Part shown: piece after piece, positions 34,448 to 45,585 of the stretch
Layout of the letters: every line of letters starts with the position of its first letter
How positions within the stretch are numbered: position 1 is the first letter of the stretch
Assembly: GCA_000091205.1 (NCBI GenBank)
Contig: AP006483.2
Source: Cyanidioschyzon merolae
Lineage: Eukaryota
Reading direction: 5' to 3' (one strand)
DNA: 64,000 bases
Program-made: the position numbers and the translations under genes
Notes under the pieces: generated by a model
Databases searched by the model: none
What the model saw: only the letters and a program-made list of their open reading frames with translations
What the model was told of the DNA's origin: nothing

Positions 34448-35645
34448 ATGTACGGATCAGGTGCTGGAGCCTTTGCGGGGCAGGAGCAGTTCGCCGCGCA
34501 CGCAAGTCGACGGACCTCGTTGGAGATGCCGTTGCAGGAGCGGGCCACGCACGCGGCCCCTCGAGGTGAACTCGAAGCTGTCGGTCAGAGCGCTGCATCG
34601 CAGGCGAGTCCGAGCGACGCTGCGTCGCCCGCGGAGCGTCCCAAGCCCGCTTCCTCTGCGAGTGCTTGCTCACACGCGAGCGTGCCGCTCTGGGAGAAGC
34701 GGTCGTTACCTGGATTCCGCATCGACACGACACCCGTGGTCCATACGAACGGAAAGGATTCGGGTTTTGGAATTCGCTCGGGCAGTACGCTGTCGTTAGC
34801 TTCGCGCTCAGATGCGCCTGGCGACGCGGTGCATATACCTTCTCGCAGGGGTACCCTGAGTAACCTGAGCAGAGCGAACCTAAGCGAGCAGCCCTTTGCT
34901 ATCTCGCCGACGAAGAAAGAGCTGAGATCGCCCGGTGCGCTCGAGCCGAATATCGGACGCGGCTGCAGCAGCTGCCGACCCGCACACACAGGAAACCGGA
35001 CTCCCGGCTGGGGCGCGCAGTCGCGCACATCTACGCACGAGACACGTCCAGAAGCGCACCCATGGACAACACCAACAGCAGCAGCAACAGCAGCAGCAGC
35101 AGCACATCCACCACGGACGCCTGCAAGTGCACCGCCCATTGGCGCCCACGCAGTCAACGACCTGTACAAAACAGAACTGTGTCGGTCGTGGATAGAGACT
35201 GGCGCCTGTCGCTACGGGAGCAAGTGTCAGTTTGCGCACGGACAGGAGGAATTGCGCCCGCTACCCCGCCATCCGAAATACAAGACCAAAGTGTGCAAAA
35301 ACTTTGCGGAAAATGGAAGTTGTCCCTACGGGAGCAGGTGCCGCTTTATTCACGAACGTACCCGAACGGGAAGCTTTGAGGGTCTCGAGCCCGAGCTCCT
35401 AGCTGTCGTGACGGCTGGCTCCAGCGCGACACCACGCAAACTGCCCATCTTCGAGCAGCTCCACCACAGCATCGAAATCGATACCGCCCGCCCGCTTGGC
35501 GCCAGACCTGCGACACCCAGTCGCGAGTGTGTCTCGCCGGAGCGCCAGCGAGACCGCTTTTTCGGAACATTCGTTGCTGAGCCGCCTTCGCCTCCGTCGC
35601 CTGTGCTGTCGTCGCCTGTGCTGTCGTCGTCGCTGCCGCCTAACT

Positions 35646-35678
<33 letters not shown>

Positions 35679-36391
35679 CAGCCGCCGTAAGTGCACAGAC
35701 GACAAACGCCCTCGCGAACTCGTGGCCCGAAAATCCTTTGCTGCCGTCGCCAGGTTCGGGCGCCTGCCTGTCGCTGCCTCCGTCGGCACCGGAAGCGACG
35801 GGAAAGCGGTCTGAGCCCAGCGATCGATCACAGCTGTCGCCAGCGCGAAGCGTGGAAACACCGAATTCGAGGCCGCTGGATGCAACCGCAATATCGTATT
35901 GGAATTGGTGGAGTGCGGAGCACTCGCCAGTGAGCAGGCACGCACTCGAAGCCGCCAAGGTGCTTCCCATGGACGCATTACCGCTATCCGTGAAGCAAGA
36001 GCGCGTCATGACCTGGCACAGTATGGAGGAGAGTCTCAGCCCAATAACGCCGGCAAATATCGTCGCGGGTGCTGCCGCTGAGGAGCTCCCCAAATCCGTG
36101 TCCACCACCTGGGGTAGTGCTCGGAGTCTGTGGACGGCATTCAGTGCGGCCTCGATGCCGCTTTCCGCGACGCCATCGACCCCGTCGCCATCTTCCTCCT
36201 CTTCGTCTGCGTGTCTTTCGGCATTGTCTTCGACAGCGACGCTGAGCCTGAAAGCGGAAAGCGGCGGCGTTGCCGACTCGAAAGAGCGGTGCACGGCGGG
36301 GAGCCAGGACCAGGGCCAGGGCCAGGCCTTGACGCCTGTCGCCGGTCAGAATACCTGTCACGGAAAAGACGCCTTTACATGGATTCATTGA
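34448..36391 (+). CDS. Tandem CCCH zinc-finger protein (TIS11/tristetraprolin-like TZF RNA-binding domain), ~647 aa from the first ATG
   Basis: '[32 protein letters not shown]...[30 protein letters not shown]' is two C-x8-C-x5-C-x3-H fingers with the TIS11 spacing and lead-in motifs (YKTELC / KYKTKVC). The track ORF starts at 34400 with TTG; the first ATG is 34448. Confidence 0.8.
35640..35676. repeat. (CAG)n microsatellite (poly-Ser/Gln tract inside the CCCH gene); a second CAG/CAA run at ~35075-35105
   Basis: ctgcagcagcagcagcagcagcagcagcagcagcaagg. Confidence 0.85.
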
Positions 36392-36405
36392 CGGTTCGCG
36401 CTATG

Positions 36406-37008
36406 TCAGACGTCTGGAAACTCAAACACAACATCCTTGCCCGTAAGCTTCTTGTAAACGATGGCATACGTGTCGATACGATGCTCGACCTGGTTGCGCT
36501 CGTTGGGGTCCAGGTGCACCCGCAACAGGCGCGTCTGGTCCGTACGGTACAGAATCCGTTTCCCGACAATATCCGTGGGGTACACGACGTCTTCGAGGTA
36601 TGCCTCATGGACAGCTGTGAGCGTGCGTGAGTGTGGACGTTTCTGTTTCAAGAGCCGGCGCCCGTTCCGCTCCCTAGGCAGAATGCGTCGTTTCCCGATG
36701 ATCACGACCTGCTTCCCACTGAACTTTTTCTCTAGTTCTCGTACAAGTCTCGTGTGCACTCGGTGGTACTTGGACAGGAGACGGTACGGAACAACAAGCA
36801 AAATGGCGCGACGTCCACCACCACCTACATCGATTTCCACGGCGCTATGAAACACGAGCTCGCGCAGGTCCGCGCGCCACTCCGCCGACCCCGACTCGAG
36901 ATCGTACATCGCTTGTGCCACTTGCTCCTCAATCGGGCTTATGCGCTCTTTCGTTTGTTTCACAATCCTTCTCATGATAACGCCCGAGTCGCTGGGAACG
37001 GTCTCCAT
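36406..37008 (-). CDS. RPS7: 40S ribosomal protein S7 (eS7), 200 aa, single exon
   Basis: 'LRELVFHSAVEIDVGGGGRRAILLVVPYRLL...VRELEKKFSGKQVVIIGKRRILP...RTLTAVHEAYLEDVVYPTDIVGKRI...YKKLTGKDVVFEFP' is collinear with eukaryotic eS7. ATG at 37008. Convergent with the CCCH gene, ~14 bp between the stop codons. Confidence 0.9.
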   Translation of the reverse strand: METVPSDSGVIMRRIVKQTKERISPIEEQVAQAMYDLESGSAEWRADLRELVFHSAVEIDVGGGGRRAILLVVPYRLLSKYHRVHTRLVRELEKKFSGKQVVIIGKRRILPRERNGRRLLKQKRPHSRTLTAVHEAYLEDVVYPTDIVGKRILYRTDQTRLLRVHLDPNERNQVEHRIDTYAIVYKKLTGKDVVFEFPDV

Positions 37009-38738
37009 CGTTTCGGAGAGTACTGGTCAGCGTCTGCACGCGTATGTTTCCGCAAAAGCGCAGCCCAGTGCTCGCCAGGGGTCGCAGCGGCAGGGACGGG
37101 CCGGGCGCGGCGGCGACGGCGGCGATCGCGGCGATCGCCACCACATCATTACGCTTTATATATCAATTTACGAGAGCAAATCCCAAGACGTACGGGACCC
37201 AAGGATCGAAACCTCGTCTCGCTAGGAGCGGATGCGGCCTTCGGCGGCGGCGGCGGCGGCAACGATACACCACCGTCAGAGGCAGGCACCGTCTCAAAAG
37301 CGAGATGGCGCAGCGGAAGCGTGATGGGCTCATAACCCATAGGTCCGACCGAACGCTCTTTTGCCACTCGCCTCGCTCCAGAATACATCGCTTCCCCATA
37401 TCTGCCCTAGCGTCGACGCATCTCGGGGGCGTTTCCCATGTACAGGACCATGGGCACCGTCCAGGCGAGATCGACTGCAGCACCACACCAGGCAGGAGAC
37501 GTCGTGCGACGTTCCCCGAGATGCCGCGCACCAAGCACCGCTTCGGGATTCAGGCGCAGCAAGCCTGGGCGTGCATCGACCACACCGATCGATGCTGCCG
37601 GAGACCGTCGGGCATCCCCGATAAGCACTCGAACCCGGCGCACGAAACGGACAATCAGTGAAGCTATGCGCGTTCATCCGCAACTGCGCACCGATGACGG
37701 TGTTCACGAAGCGTCGCACAGCGGGTGCCAGCGCCATATATTCCCATTGCTGCCGCCGAGCAGCGCATCATCCACGGCCGGTATCTGCGTACCAGACGGC
37801 ATCGTCGGGAGCGCCCGCGGCTTCAGCGCTTTTGGGCGACGGCAGCACACATGCGCACAGCGACACAGTACGCATCCCATGCGTCTACCTGGATGTGATC
37901 GGATGCACCTGTGCCGCTGATGCCCAGCGAAGCGATCTCACGTGCTCTACATGCATGGGAACGTTGGGCTAGTTTCTGCTCTGCATTTCCCAGATGCGAA
38001 TGAGGCTTGAAGAATCGAGCGGGTCTGCAGGTGCCGAGCCTCACATGAGCGGTCACTGCAACGCATGCCATGTCGCCACAGTCGCGCAACAGAGACAGGC
38101 CGAGCGCACCGCACACCCCTGCATGGGCATGGGTTCAAAGCGCGTCTGCTGAGGGGCACGCTGTTGCGGCTGCTGGGGCTTCTCTACCTCGCCCGGCAAC
38201 CGGGGCATGCCAAGTGCGCGCCCTGACGACACACCCGGTCCGAAGTACCCGCGATAGCGATGCAAGCGCACGCTGATTCTCGAGAACAAATACGCATCAT
38301 CGTTCGGCGTTGATGGGCGCGAAAACCTCCACCATTCCGCTGGCTGCCGCAGCGGCAGACTGTAAGCGCGGATTCGTAACCAGCACCCGGGCCTTGTCAT
38401 TGCCGTGGTCGATCTAGACACGCGAGGAGCACAACCCGACCAGGAGCGAGTACGGAGCAGGCAGTGCTGTTGCGTTTATCGCTCGCGAAACGAGTATTGC
38501 TGTGGAAGACGCAAATGCGCTCGAAGCGCGCCGCTGTTGCAAACACCTACACATCAATACACAAATATGCTGAAGGAAGCTTCGCAGGAAAGCTGCTTTT
38601 TAACGACGCGCACCACGCGGTATGCATATCTCGTCGAAAAAAAGCGCCCGATATGAATGTACCAATCCGCTCATCAGGCCTGAATAACCATGAACTTTAC
38701 ACGGGGATACGGCTGCACCGATTCATCGTCCTAAACCG

Positions 38739-38847
38739 CTACTCCCGTTTCGTCGAGAACGCACCCAGTGCTGGTCGGCTCGCTGGTGTCGCCAGTGTCA
38801 CCGGTGACGTCCGCTGATGTCCATCCGCAGTATGATCATAGTCAGCA

Positions 38848-38884
<37 letters not shown>

Positions 38885-40709
38885 CAGTAGTAGTAGTCGA
38901 ATGTTGCAGCGACGCGTAAAACACGCGCAGTTCCTCAAAACGAGCAGCGCATGCGGCTGCGCTTCGTGTCGGAACGAGGGAGGCGATAAGCTGCCACCGG
39001 GCTGCACCTTTGGAAGCACCAAAACGTCGCAGCGCCTCCTCCAGTTGCCGCTGCTCACTGACCGTCCAGGAAGCAACATTCGGTGGCGTCAGGCTGGCAA
39101 TGCGTTGACCAACGCTCTGTGGCGCCCGCATGAGCGCCTGCGCTTGAGCCCGTATCTCAGCCGGCGTATACCGGTGCTGCAACGCTTCCGCGATGCGCGT
39201 CCAGCGGTCTCGCGTACCAGCGGGATACTTTTTCAGTGCACGCGAGAGAAGCGCCAGCTCCTGCGCACTCCATGCATCCGCATTTGCAGCGCGCTGCGTA
39301 GACGCGGCATCAGGAGCAATCGTCGCTGCCCCATTTCGGCAACCGCCCACACCGCATGACGTTTCGTGCGATCCCTCTGCGTCTCCGCTGAGCGATGACA
39401 ACCGCGACGACGAGTTAGAGCCGGCAGTCGTCGCGAGTGCAGCTGCATCGCCACCCGCATCCATGGTGGTGCTTCCAGCGTCTGCGAACTCGCCGCGATG
39501 CCTCTGATGCCTTTCGAGCGCATCAGCGCGCCCGGCACGTCCGGTACCCTCATGAACACCAGGCGGTTGTACCAGTGTCTGGCACTGTGCCCCAGGCGTC
39601 ACTCGATGATCCGTGGACGCATGCGACGCCACTGCGTCTACTTCCACAGACGCAGTGCGCAACGCAGGGCGCACAGCTTCTCCATAGACGGCTGCATTCT
39701 GAGATAATGACGTTTCCGCGGGATGCTGCGCCTGCGCAGGCGCTCCATCCGCTGCCTCCAGCCACTGCTCCCGAAAGCGTCGCCGTGCTGCCCGCTCAGC
39801 CGCTTTGCGCTGGCGCTCAGCTTCGCGTATCCTGCGCATACGCGGATCCAACCGATAACTCCGCTCGACAAGCTGCCGAATACGTGCGCGCTCCAGCTGC
39901 TTCCGTCGCAGGCGCGCTTTGCGCTCCTGGCGTTCATGAAAGCGACGTTCCTCGCGAGTCATACTCTGATCCTCCCACAGCTGATCCGCATCTTCCGAAG
40001 GGAACTCGCGCCACGACTCAAACGCTTGCCAGAACGCGTAAAACGCTAGCACTTCATCGTCTGGTGTCGAGGCATCGCCGAGAAGCGGCACCGGCTGCCG
40101 GCAACTCCAGCGTGCATTGCGGCGAAACGTTGCCCCGAAGACTGCGTAGAACGCAGCTTCATCGTGCGCATCCTCTTCATCCGGGACACTATCGTCAAAG
40201 TTTCCGTCCTTCGAGTCATAAATCAGGCGACGTTGCGGGTGTAGGAGCACCCGCAGCGCCTGCTGGAGTCCCTGGAATACCTCATGCGCCTGCTGACGTG
40301 CGTTCGGAGACAGACGCACCACTCGATCCGGGTGCACAGCAAGGGATACCCGCTTATACGCTTGTCGAATATCGTCTGTGCTGGCCAGGTATCGAATGTT
40401 TTCCAGTCCCAAAAGCCGGTACCAGTCGCCTTGGCGAACAGCGATCAACAATGCGTCCAGCTTTGCCGGTTGTGGTGCGTTATCCGACACGCTCGGGTCG
40501 TCGTGCGTGCCGGTGGAGTCGGCTTCAGGCAACGCATCGCGAAGGCTGGACTCAAAGCACTCGAAGAAGGTACGCCCAGCGCACTCGAGGCGCCTCGGGC
40601 GACAGCGCGCTGCGGACGCGAACACCGCACTAGCCGCTGATGTCGTGCTAGCGTACGGAAGCGCCCGCCTGGGTCCCGTCTGTGACCGGGATCGGCTCTC
40701 GTGCTCCAT
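38739..40709 (-). CDS. DnaJ homolog subfamily C member 2 / zuotin-like (J domain plus two SANT/Myb domains), 656 aa
   Basis: J domain 'DWYRLLGLENIRYLASTDDIRQAYKRVSLAVHPDR'; a charged zuotin-homology region rich in R/E/K ('ERKARLRRKQLERARIRQL...'); two SANT-like repeats 'WSAQELALLSRALKKYPAGTRDRWTRIAEAL' and 'WTVSEQRQLEEALRRFG...RWQLIASLVP'. Internal poly-Ala from (GCT)n. ATG at 40709. Confidence 0.75.
38849..38893. repeat. (AGC/AGT)n microsatellite (codes the poly-Ala run in the zuotin-like gene on the minus strand)
   Basis: agcagcagcagcagcagcagcagcagcagcagtagcagtagtagtagt. Confidence 0.85.
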
Positions 40710-40727
40710 GCATGGAAGAGGAGTCTT

Positions 40728-43700
40728 TTACCAAGGCACAAAGTCTGCAGGGATGTTCTCGAAAACCCCAATGGTGCCGTCGTGTGCTGCAACGACGACC
40801 ACCAGGCCGTCAGAAGTGGACGTTGCGCGCAGCAGTGCCGCCGTACCAGTTGCAGACGACGACAAGGGCGTTGCTGCTGCTGCTGCTGCTGCTGTTACTG
40901 GTGCTGGTGCTATTTTCGCACGTGTTGGGTAGATGGAAGTGGACGGGCTTCGCTCGATGACGTCCAGTCGATTGGTGCTGCGCTGGGGTGCAAACACCGC
41001 AGCTGTAACGTGCGCTTCACCGAACGGCATGAAGGCCTCGAAACGGTCGTTACGGTAACGACGAATACGAGGCAGTTGACTCGAACTGGTACCGTCGCGG
41101 CTTGTGCCTGCTGCTGCGCTGCTGGACGGATTCGAGGTCAATGCGGATGCGGATGCCCGTTCCGACAGCATACGGTCTGGATAGTACTGCTGCTCGGTAC
41201 GGGCCGCATTCGTCGTGCTACTCGGGTTGTTGGTGTTGGTAATGGGCCCTGAGTGCCGCGTCTGCGGGTTACTCGCAAGTGCCGCTGACGCTTCGGGTGC
41301 CATTTCATGAGCTGCAGCAGCGGTGCCGCCACCTGCGTCACGCAACCGGGGCGTGCCTTTCGACCACTGGCTTAGGTGCAAGGCACAACCGGGTGCGCTG
41401 TGGTGTCCGGCTTGCTCGTACAGCACCGTATTCCAGATGTAGACGAGCCGATCCTCACTAGCCGTGATCACGTACCGAAAATCGTCACTGAAACTTGCCC
41501 GGATATGGTTCCAAGTACAGGAGTGTCCGACGAACTTGCTTACAATGCGCAAGTCCTGAACCCGATACAACCGTATACGACTGTCGTTGGTGCTGATCAA
41601 TACTTCGTAGTGCTGAGAGCTGTTGCTGCTGCTGCTGCTGCTGCCGGTGTTGCTGCTGCTGTGTGCACTCGGTGCCATGGTCGCTGCAAACTCGTTGCCG
41701 GCGTTCTGTCCAGGTACGAAAACGTTGGAGGTCGTCGACACCGCTGGAGCGGTACTGCCGCTGCCGCTGTTGGTGCCTCGACCAGGGCCTCGATCCGGTG
41801 TTGGCATCATGGCGAAACTGGTGATTTTGCTGCCCTTGCTATTGCGTCCGCGACGACTGTGCACCTCCAGGGTCGTGATGTACTGGAGAGCCCGTTCGCC
41901 CTCCTCGAAACGGACAACGTTGTAGACTTTGCACTCACCGCGATACGTGCCAACGAGCGCCTGCTCGCCGTTGGGTGTAAACCCACAAGCGGTTACGAGG
42001 CCCCGCACTTCTGCATAGTCTGAAACGTGCCGCGAGCTAATGTTCCAGAGACGAATACGCTCGTCCAAAGAGCCACTGAGGAAGAAATTCTCGTTCCGCG
42101 GATGAAAGGCGACACAGGTTACAAAATCGGCATGCAGGAACTTGCGCAACACCTGGTTGTAGTCTACGTGCCAAAGACGCACAGTTTTGTCCATAGAGCT
42201 GGATAAAAGGAAATTATTGGCAGACCACGCGACACAGAGAACGTCACCCCCGTGTCCGCGAAACACTCGATGAGGCTCTCGGACCTCGAATAGACAGCGT
42301 GCGTACAGACGCTCGGGTCCGTCGTCCACGGTGACCGCTGCTCCGTCGCTGCTTTCCGGAGGCGGGGTCAGCAGCCTTTGAAACGCTCGCGCGCCTGCCG
42401 TAGCCGGTGAGCGCAACCAGCTGGCAATCTCCAACAAGTCCGCATTCGAATAATTCAGCGTGTGCGGCTCGTTCTGCACTTTCCAAACCATGATCACGGC
42501 GTCTTGACCGCCAGTCGCCAGATATCGACCATCGGCAGAGAATTCCATACTCCAGACAGGTCCTGTGTGCGGCCTGAAGCACTGTACCAGACACATGTTG
42601 GCGGTGGTGTTAGCTCCTCGCGACTTGTTCGGAGCATGGACGCGCACAAAGCGCTGTGCAACACGGAATTCCCGAAGCAGCCGTTGGTACTCGCGCTTGT
42701 TCAAAGCGCTACCCTTTTCAGGGAACTTGAATAGAAAGCGCGGCCTACCGAGTACGGTCGTGTCCTCAGTGATAGCGCGTTGCGTCGCTGTACTGGCAGT
42801 AGCTGGTGCGGCGGCTTTTGTAAGCAGGCCCCGGTCGAGGCTGCCCGCGGGTGACCGAAAATCCTCGACTGTGTCGTCGACTACGGAGCCGAACGCTTTT
42901 CCATCGCCAGCGAGCGGCGTCTCTGCGGCCGCACCGGCGGTTGATGTCAGCGATGTGAGCGAGTCTGCACCGGCTTGCACTCGCTGTGTATTGAGCATTG
43001 CACCGTCTTGCCTGGTGCGGGTCGCTGCCGACTTGCTGTGCTGCAAAGCCGCGGCTTGTGTCGAGGATATCGAGGGCGACGCATGCGTCGGTGCTGTTTT
43101 CGCGCGCGGTAATAATGAAAATGCTCGAATTCGCCCCAGTGGCGTCGAGGAAAAGGTACGTGAACGGCGACTTTTCGTACCGGAGCTTGCGCCCGTCGGA
43201 TCGTCCTGGTGGGGGTCACGACGCTGCATGACGGAACGTTGTCGCCGCATCAGTTGCTGCACTGTATCCGCGGAAGTCATCTGGGCAACTTCCTGCTCAG
43301 TGAGATACCGTTCTTCACCGGTATCCAAGTTCTTAATAAGAAATTCTACACCCTGCTGCGGCTTCCTCGAATCACCCGCGGATCGCTCTCTCATCCGAGT
43401 GATCACTTGAAACCCAGCTTGATCCACTTCAGCAGTACCGAACTCTAGAAGCAGATCTCGTCGACTCGAATCCGGAGACGGTTTGCGCAGTGGCTGGGTT
43501 AGCCTGTGCAGCAAACTGCGTCCCGACTCTGGGGCAGTGCTGAGGCGGCCCCTCAGGTCCGTGTCACCACCTGCACTGGTGCCGATTGGTGCAGCTAAAC
43601 TGCCGCTTCCGCTCCTTTCGAAAGCCGGCGGGTACGTGGCGTCATCGACACTGCGGCTGCGATGCCGCTGACCGGTGCTGGAACCCGAGCGCTGATGCTC

Positions 43701-44168
43701 CGGGTGCCTTGCACGCGTCTCCGAAACTATACTGGTCCGTTTGGGAAGGTTTTTCCCGACGAAGCCTCGAACGGAAGAGAGGAAGCCGCGGAAGCTCAAC
43801 CACGAGGAGTCCGAAGCAGGTACATCGGAGCTGGAGCCCACCTCACCGAGTGAATGTCGGGCAGCAGCTGGTCCAGCGATGTCACTAGTTGATACAACGG
43901 CACCGCCAGTGCCTCTTTCGATTTCCGATACCAACGACTTGCAGTCAAGGGGTGCGGGATCCACTTCTGTGGTCTCTTGCGGAGTGGCAGCCAGGTCGAG
44001 TGCGCTACCGTAGGAGCGCAGTGACGAATAACTCATTTCAGGAAGCGCAGAGCCCCGGGAGATACGCTCAGGGCTCGAGTCAAAGCTCTCTGTTCCCGTA
44101 CGCGATCTTGAATCACTCGCGTCACTGCCGATACGTACATAACGCCCAGAGAGCGTCTTTTGATTCAT
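40728..44168 (-). CDS. WD40-repeat protein, WDR44 / Rab11-binding-protein-like, 1146 aa
   Basis: C-proximal WD repeats 'HTGPVWSMEFSADGRYLATGGQDAVIMVWKV', 'FRGHGGDVLCVAWSANNFLLSSSMDKTVRLWHV', 'FLHADFVTCVAFHPRNENFFLSGSLDERIRLWNI' have the order and spacing of the WDR44 family. Long Ser/Thr/Ala-rich N-terminal half. TAA stop at 40728 lies only ~18 nt from the downstream ATG of the J-protein gene. Confidence 0.65.
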   Translation of the reverse strand: MNQKTLSGRYVRIGSDASDSRSRTGTESFDSSPERISRGSALPEMSYSSLRSYGSALDLAATPQETTEVDPAPLDCKSLVSEIERGTGGAVVSTSDIAGPAAARHSLGEVGSSSDVPASDSSWLSFRGFLSSVRGFVGKNLPKRTSIVSETRARHPEHQRSGSSTGQRHRSRSVDDATYPPAFERSGSGSLAAPIGTSAGGDTDLRGRLSTAPESGRSLLHRLTQPLRKPSPDSSRRDLLLEFGTAEVDQAGFQVITRMRERSAGDSRKPQQGVEFLIKNLDTGEERYLTEQEVAQMTSADTVQQLMRRQRSVMQRRDPHQDDPTGASSGTKSRRSRTFSSTPLGRIRAFSLLPRAKTAPTHASPSISSTQAAALQHSKSAATRTRQDGAMLNTQRVQAGADSLTSLTSTAGAAAETPLAGDGKAFGSVVDDTVEDFRSPAGSLDRGLLTKAAAPATASTATQRAITEDTTVLGRPRFLFKFPEKGSALNKREYQRLLREFRVAQRFVRVHAPNKSRGANTTANMCLVQCFRPHTGPVWSMEFSADGRYLATGGQDAVIMVWKVQNEPHTLNYSNADLLEIASWLRSPATAGARAFQRLLTPPPESSDGAAVTVDDGPERLYARCLFEVREPHRVFRGHGGDVLCVAWSANNFLLSSSMDKTVRLWHVDYNQVLRKFLHADFVTCVAFHPRNENFFLSGSLDERIRLWNISSRHVSDYAEVRGLVTACGFTPNGEQALVGTYRGECKVYNVVRFEEGERALQYITTLEVHSRRGRNSKGSKITSFAMMPTPDRGPGRGTNSGSGSTAPAVSTTSNVFVPGQNAGNEFAATMAPSAHSSSNTGSSSSSSNSSQHYEVLISTNDSRIRLYRVQDLRIVSKFVGHSCTWNHIRASFSDDFRYVITASEDRLVYIWNTVLYEQAGHHSAPGCALHLSQWSKGTPRLRDAGGGTAAAAHEMAPEASAALASNPQTRHSGPITNTNNPSSTTNAARTEQQYYPDRMLSERASASALTSNPSSSAAAGTSRDGTSSSQLPRIRRYRNDRFEAFMPFGEAHVTAAVFAPQRSTNRLDVIERSPSTSIYPTRAKIAPAPVTAAAAAAATPLSSSATGTAALLRATSTSDGLVVVVAAHDGTIGVFENIPADFVPW

Positions 44169-44266
44169 AACCTGCTCGGCAGCGTTGCCGCTCAGCGTGT
44201 TCCGCTCTGTTCCGCGTTATTTCCGGAACCTTACGCAAGGTCTTGAGTGCTGGGTTCCACGGAGAC

Positions 44267-44281
44267 ACACACACACACACA
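44267..44281. repeat. (CA)7 dinucleotide microsatellite
   Basis: cacacacacacacac. Confidence 0.8.
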
Positions 44282-44852
44282 CCGGTTCGCAAGCCTTGCA
44301 CGCTCCACTGAAAGCAACCTTGTCCGCGCCACGACAAGCTCACCCGCTTTTCCACCTGCAATAAGTGCACTGGAGCTCCTCAGGAAGCTCAGGTTCCTGG
44401 AATTTTACTCGTACAAACGAGTTTCTTACGATCCGCGTTGACTCGTTCCGTTGGCGTCGCACGAGCACTAGTGCCAGCTCGCAAAGCAAAACACCCCTGA
44501 CCGGAATGACGACACTCGGGCGCCACTGGCCTGTCTCCAGCAAGCTTCGCAAGAAGCCACTGACCACAGACTGATAAAGTGCGTTAACGAAAACTTACCT
44601 CGACGGAAGCAGGCACCGCTAAGGGAGTAAAGAGCGCGTTCCTCCGAGCTACAAAGGCAGCTCACTGGTGTCGACGTCGAAACCCGTACAAAAACTCCAG
44701 TATCTAACCAGTAGGTTCTGCAACTGCTTCCCTGCGCACAAGTCGGCGCGATAGAGCACGCCACACCGATCGCCTGCTTATCGATGCACCGACGTGCACA
44801 AGTCTCCCAGTCTTTTTGACCGGCTCCCTGTTACCGGTTTCAACTTGTTCTT

Positions 44853-45509
44853 CTACGTTTCTACCTTGAGAGGCTGACCGACAAAGTTGTCTCTCGTCAG
44901 TTCCAGGAGTCTCTTCTCCAGCACGGCATAGCTCTTTATATTGATAGAAGCACTAAAGTCTCGGTTCACGCACTCCAGGCGTTTCTCGTCGCCGCTTGTA
45001 CTCACCAGTGCAGGGAGTCCTCGAACCTGTGCCCTGCTTTCCATTTCCTGCCCTTCCGTCACCGCTCCGTACTTTTGGATATCCCCAGGGCTCCTTTGGC
45101 ACTTTTCCATCTCAACCCTCTGAAGTGTACACCCTAGCTCGTGATGAATGGATGACGTTCCGAACGCATTTATCAGTATCGAAACGAAAAGGTGTGCGCA
45201 GTCCTTGTACGCTCGTGTCGACGGAGCTGGTATACAACCTTTTGTGGACGCCCAGCGTCCTGATCCGTATGCTAATACGAGCATTTTACGCTTGTCCTCC
45301 TTGAGGGCCCTCAACTCATTGAAGAACTTGTCAAATGCACGCTGCTTTCCTCTGTGCAGACGCATATGCAGACGAGCCCATCTGGTCTTGGTGTACTGTT
45401 GCCACAGCGCCTCCCAATGAGCAGTACAAACTTTCATGAATTCCAGAAAAGCCTCAAAGTCCGCTCCTCGGCTAGTCACCTCGCTCAAAGCTTCCAGGTG
45501 CTCTTTCAC
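44853..45509 (-). CDS. C-terminal exon/fragment of the TnpB/Fanzor-like nuclease (RuvC-III 'NRDFSASINI', Cys-rich zinc-finger-like region)
   Basis: See the mobile_element entry. The frame is closed 3 codons upstream by a TAG that I read as the AG end of a candidate intron. Confidence 0.45.
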   Translation of the reverse strand: MKEHLEALSEVTSRGADFEAFLEFMKVCTAHWEALWQQYTKTRWARLHMRLHRGKQRAFDKFFNELRALKEDKRKMLVLAYGSGRWASTKGCIPAPSTRAYKDCAHLFVSILINAFGTSSIHHELGCTLQRVEMEKCQRSPGDIQKYGAVTEGQEMESRAQVRGLPALVSTSGDEKRLECVNRDFSASINIKSYAVLEKRLLELTRDNFVGQPLKVET

Positions 45510-45585
45510 TCCTCGATTCTATTCCTTAATTTTTTCCTCGCGTTCATTTTTCCGGATTCTCGATCGTATCTTGCTCTCGAGAAAT

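Noticed and set aside
33810-34733. 307-aa minus-strand ORF ('[20 protein letters not shown]...')
   Set aside because: Arg/Ala/Pro/Gly-rich, which is typical of spurious frames in GC-rich DNA. No domain signature. It overlaps the upstream region of the CCCH gene. I treat it as non-coding.
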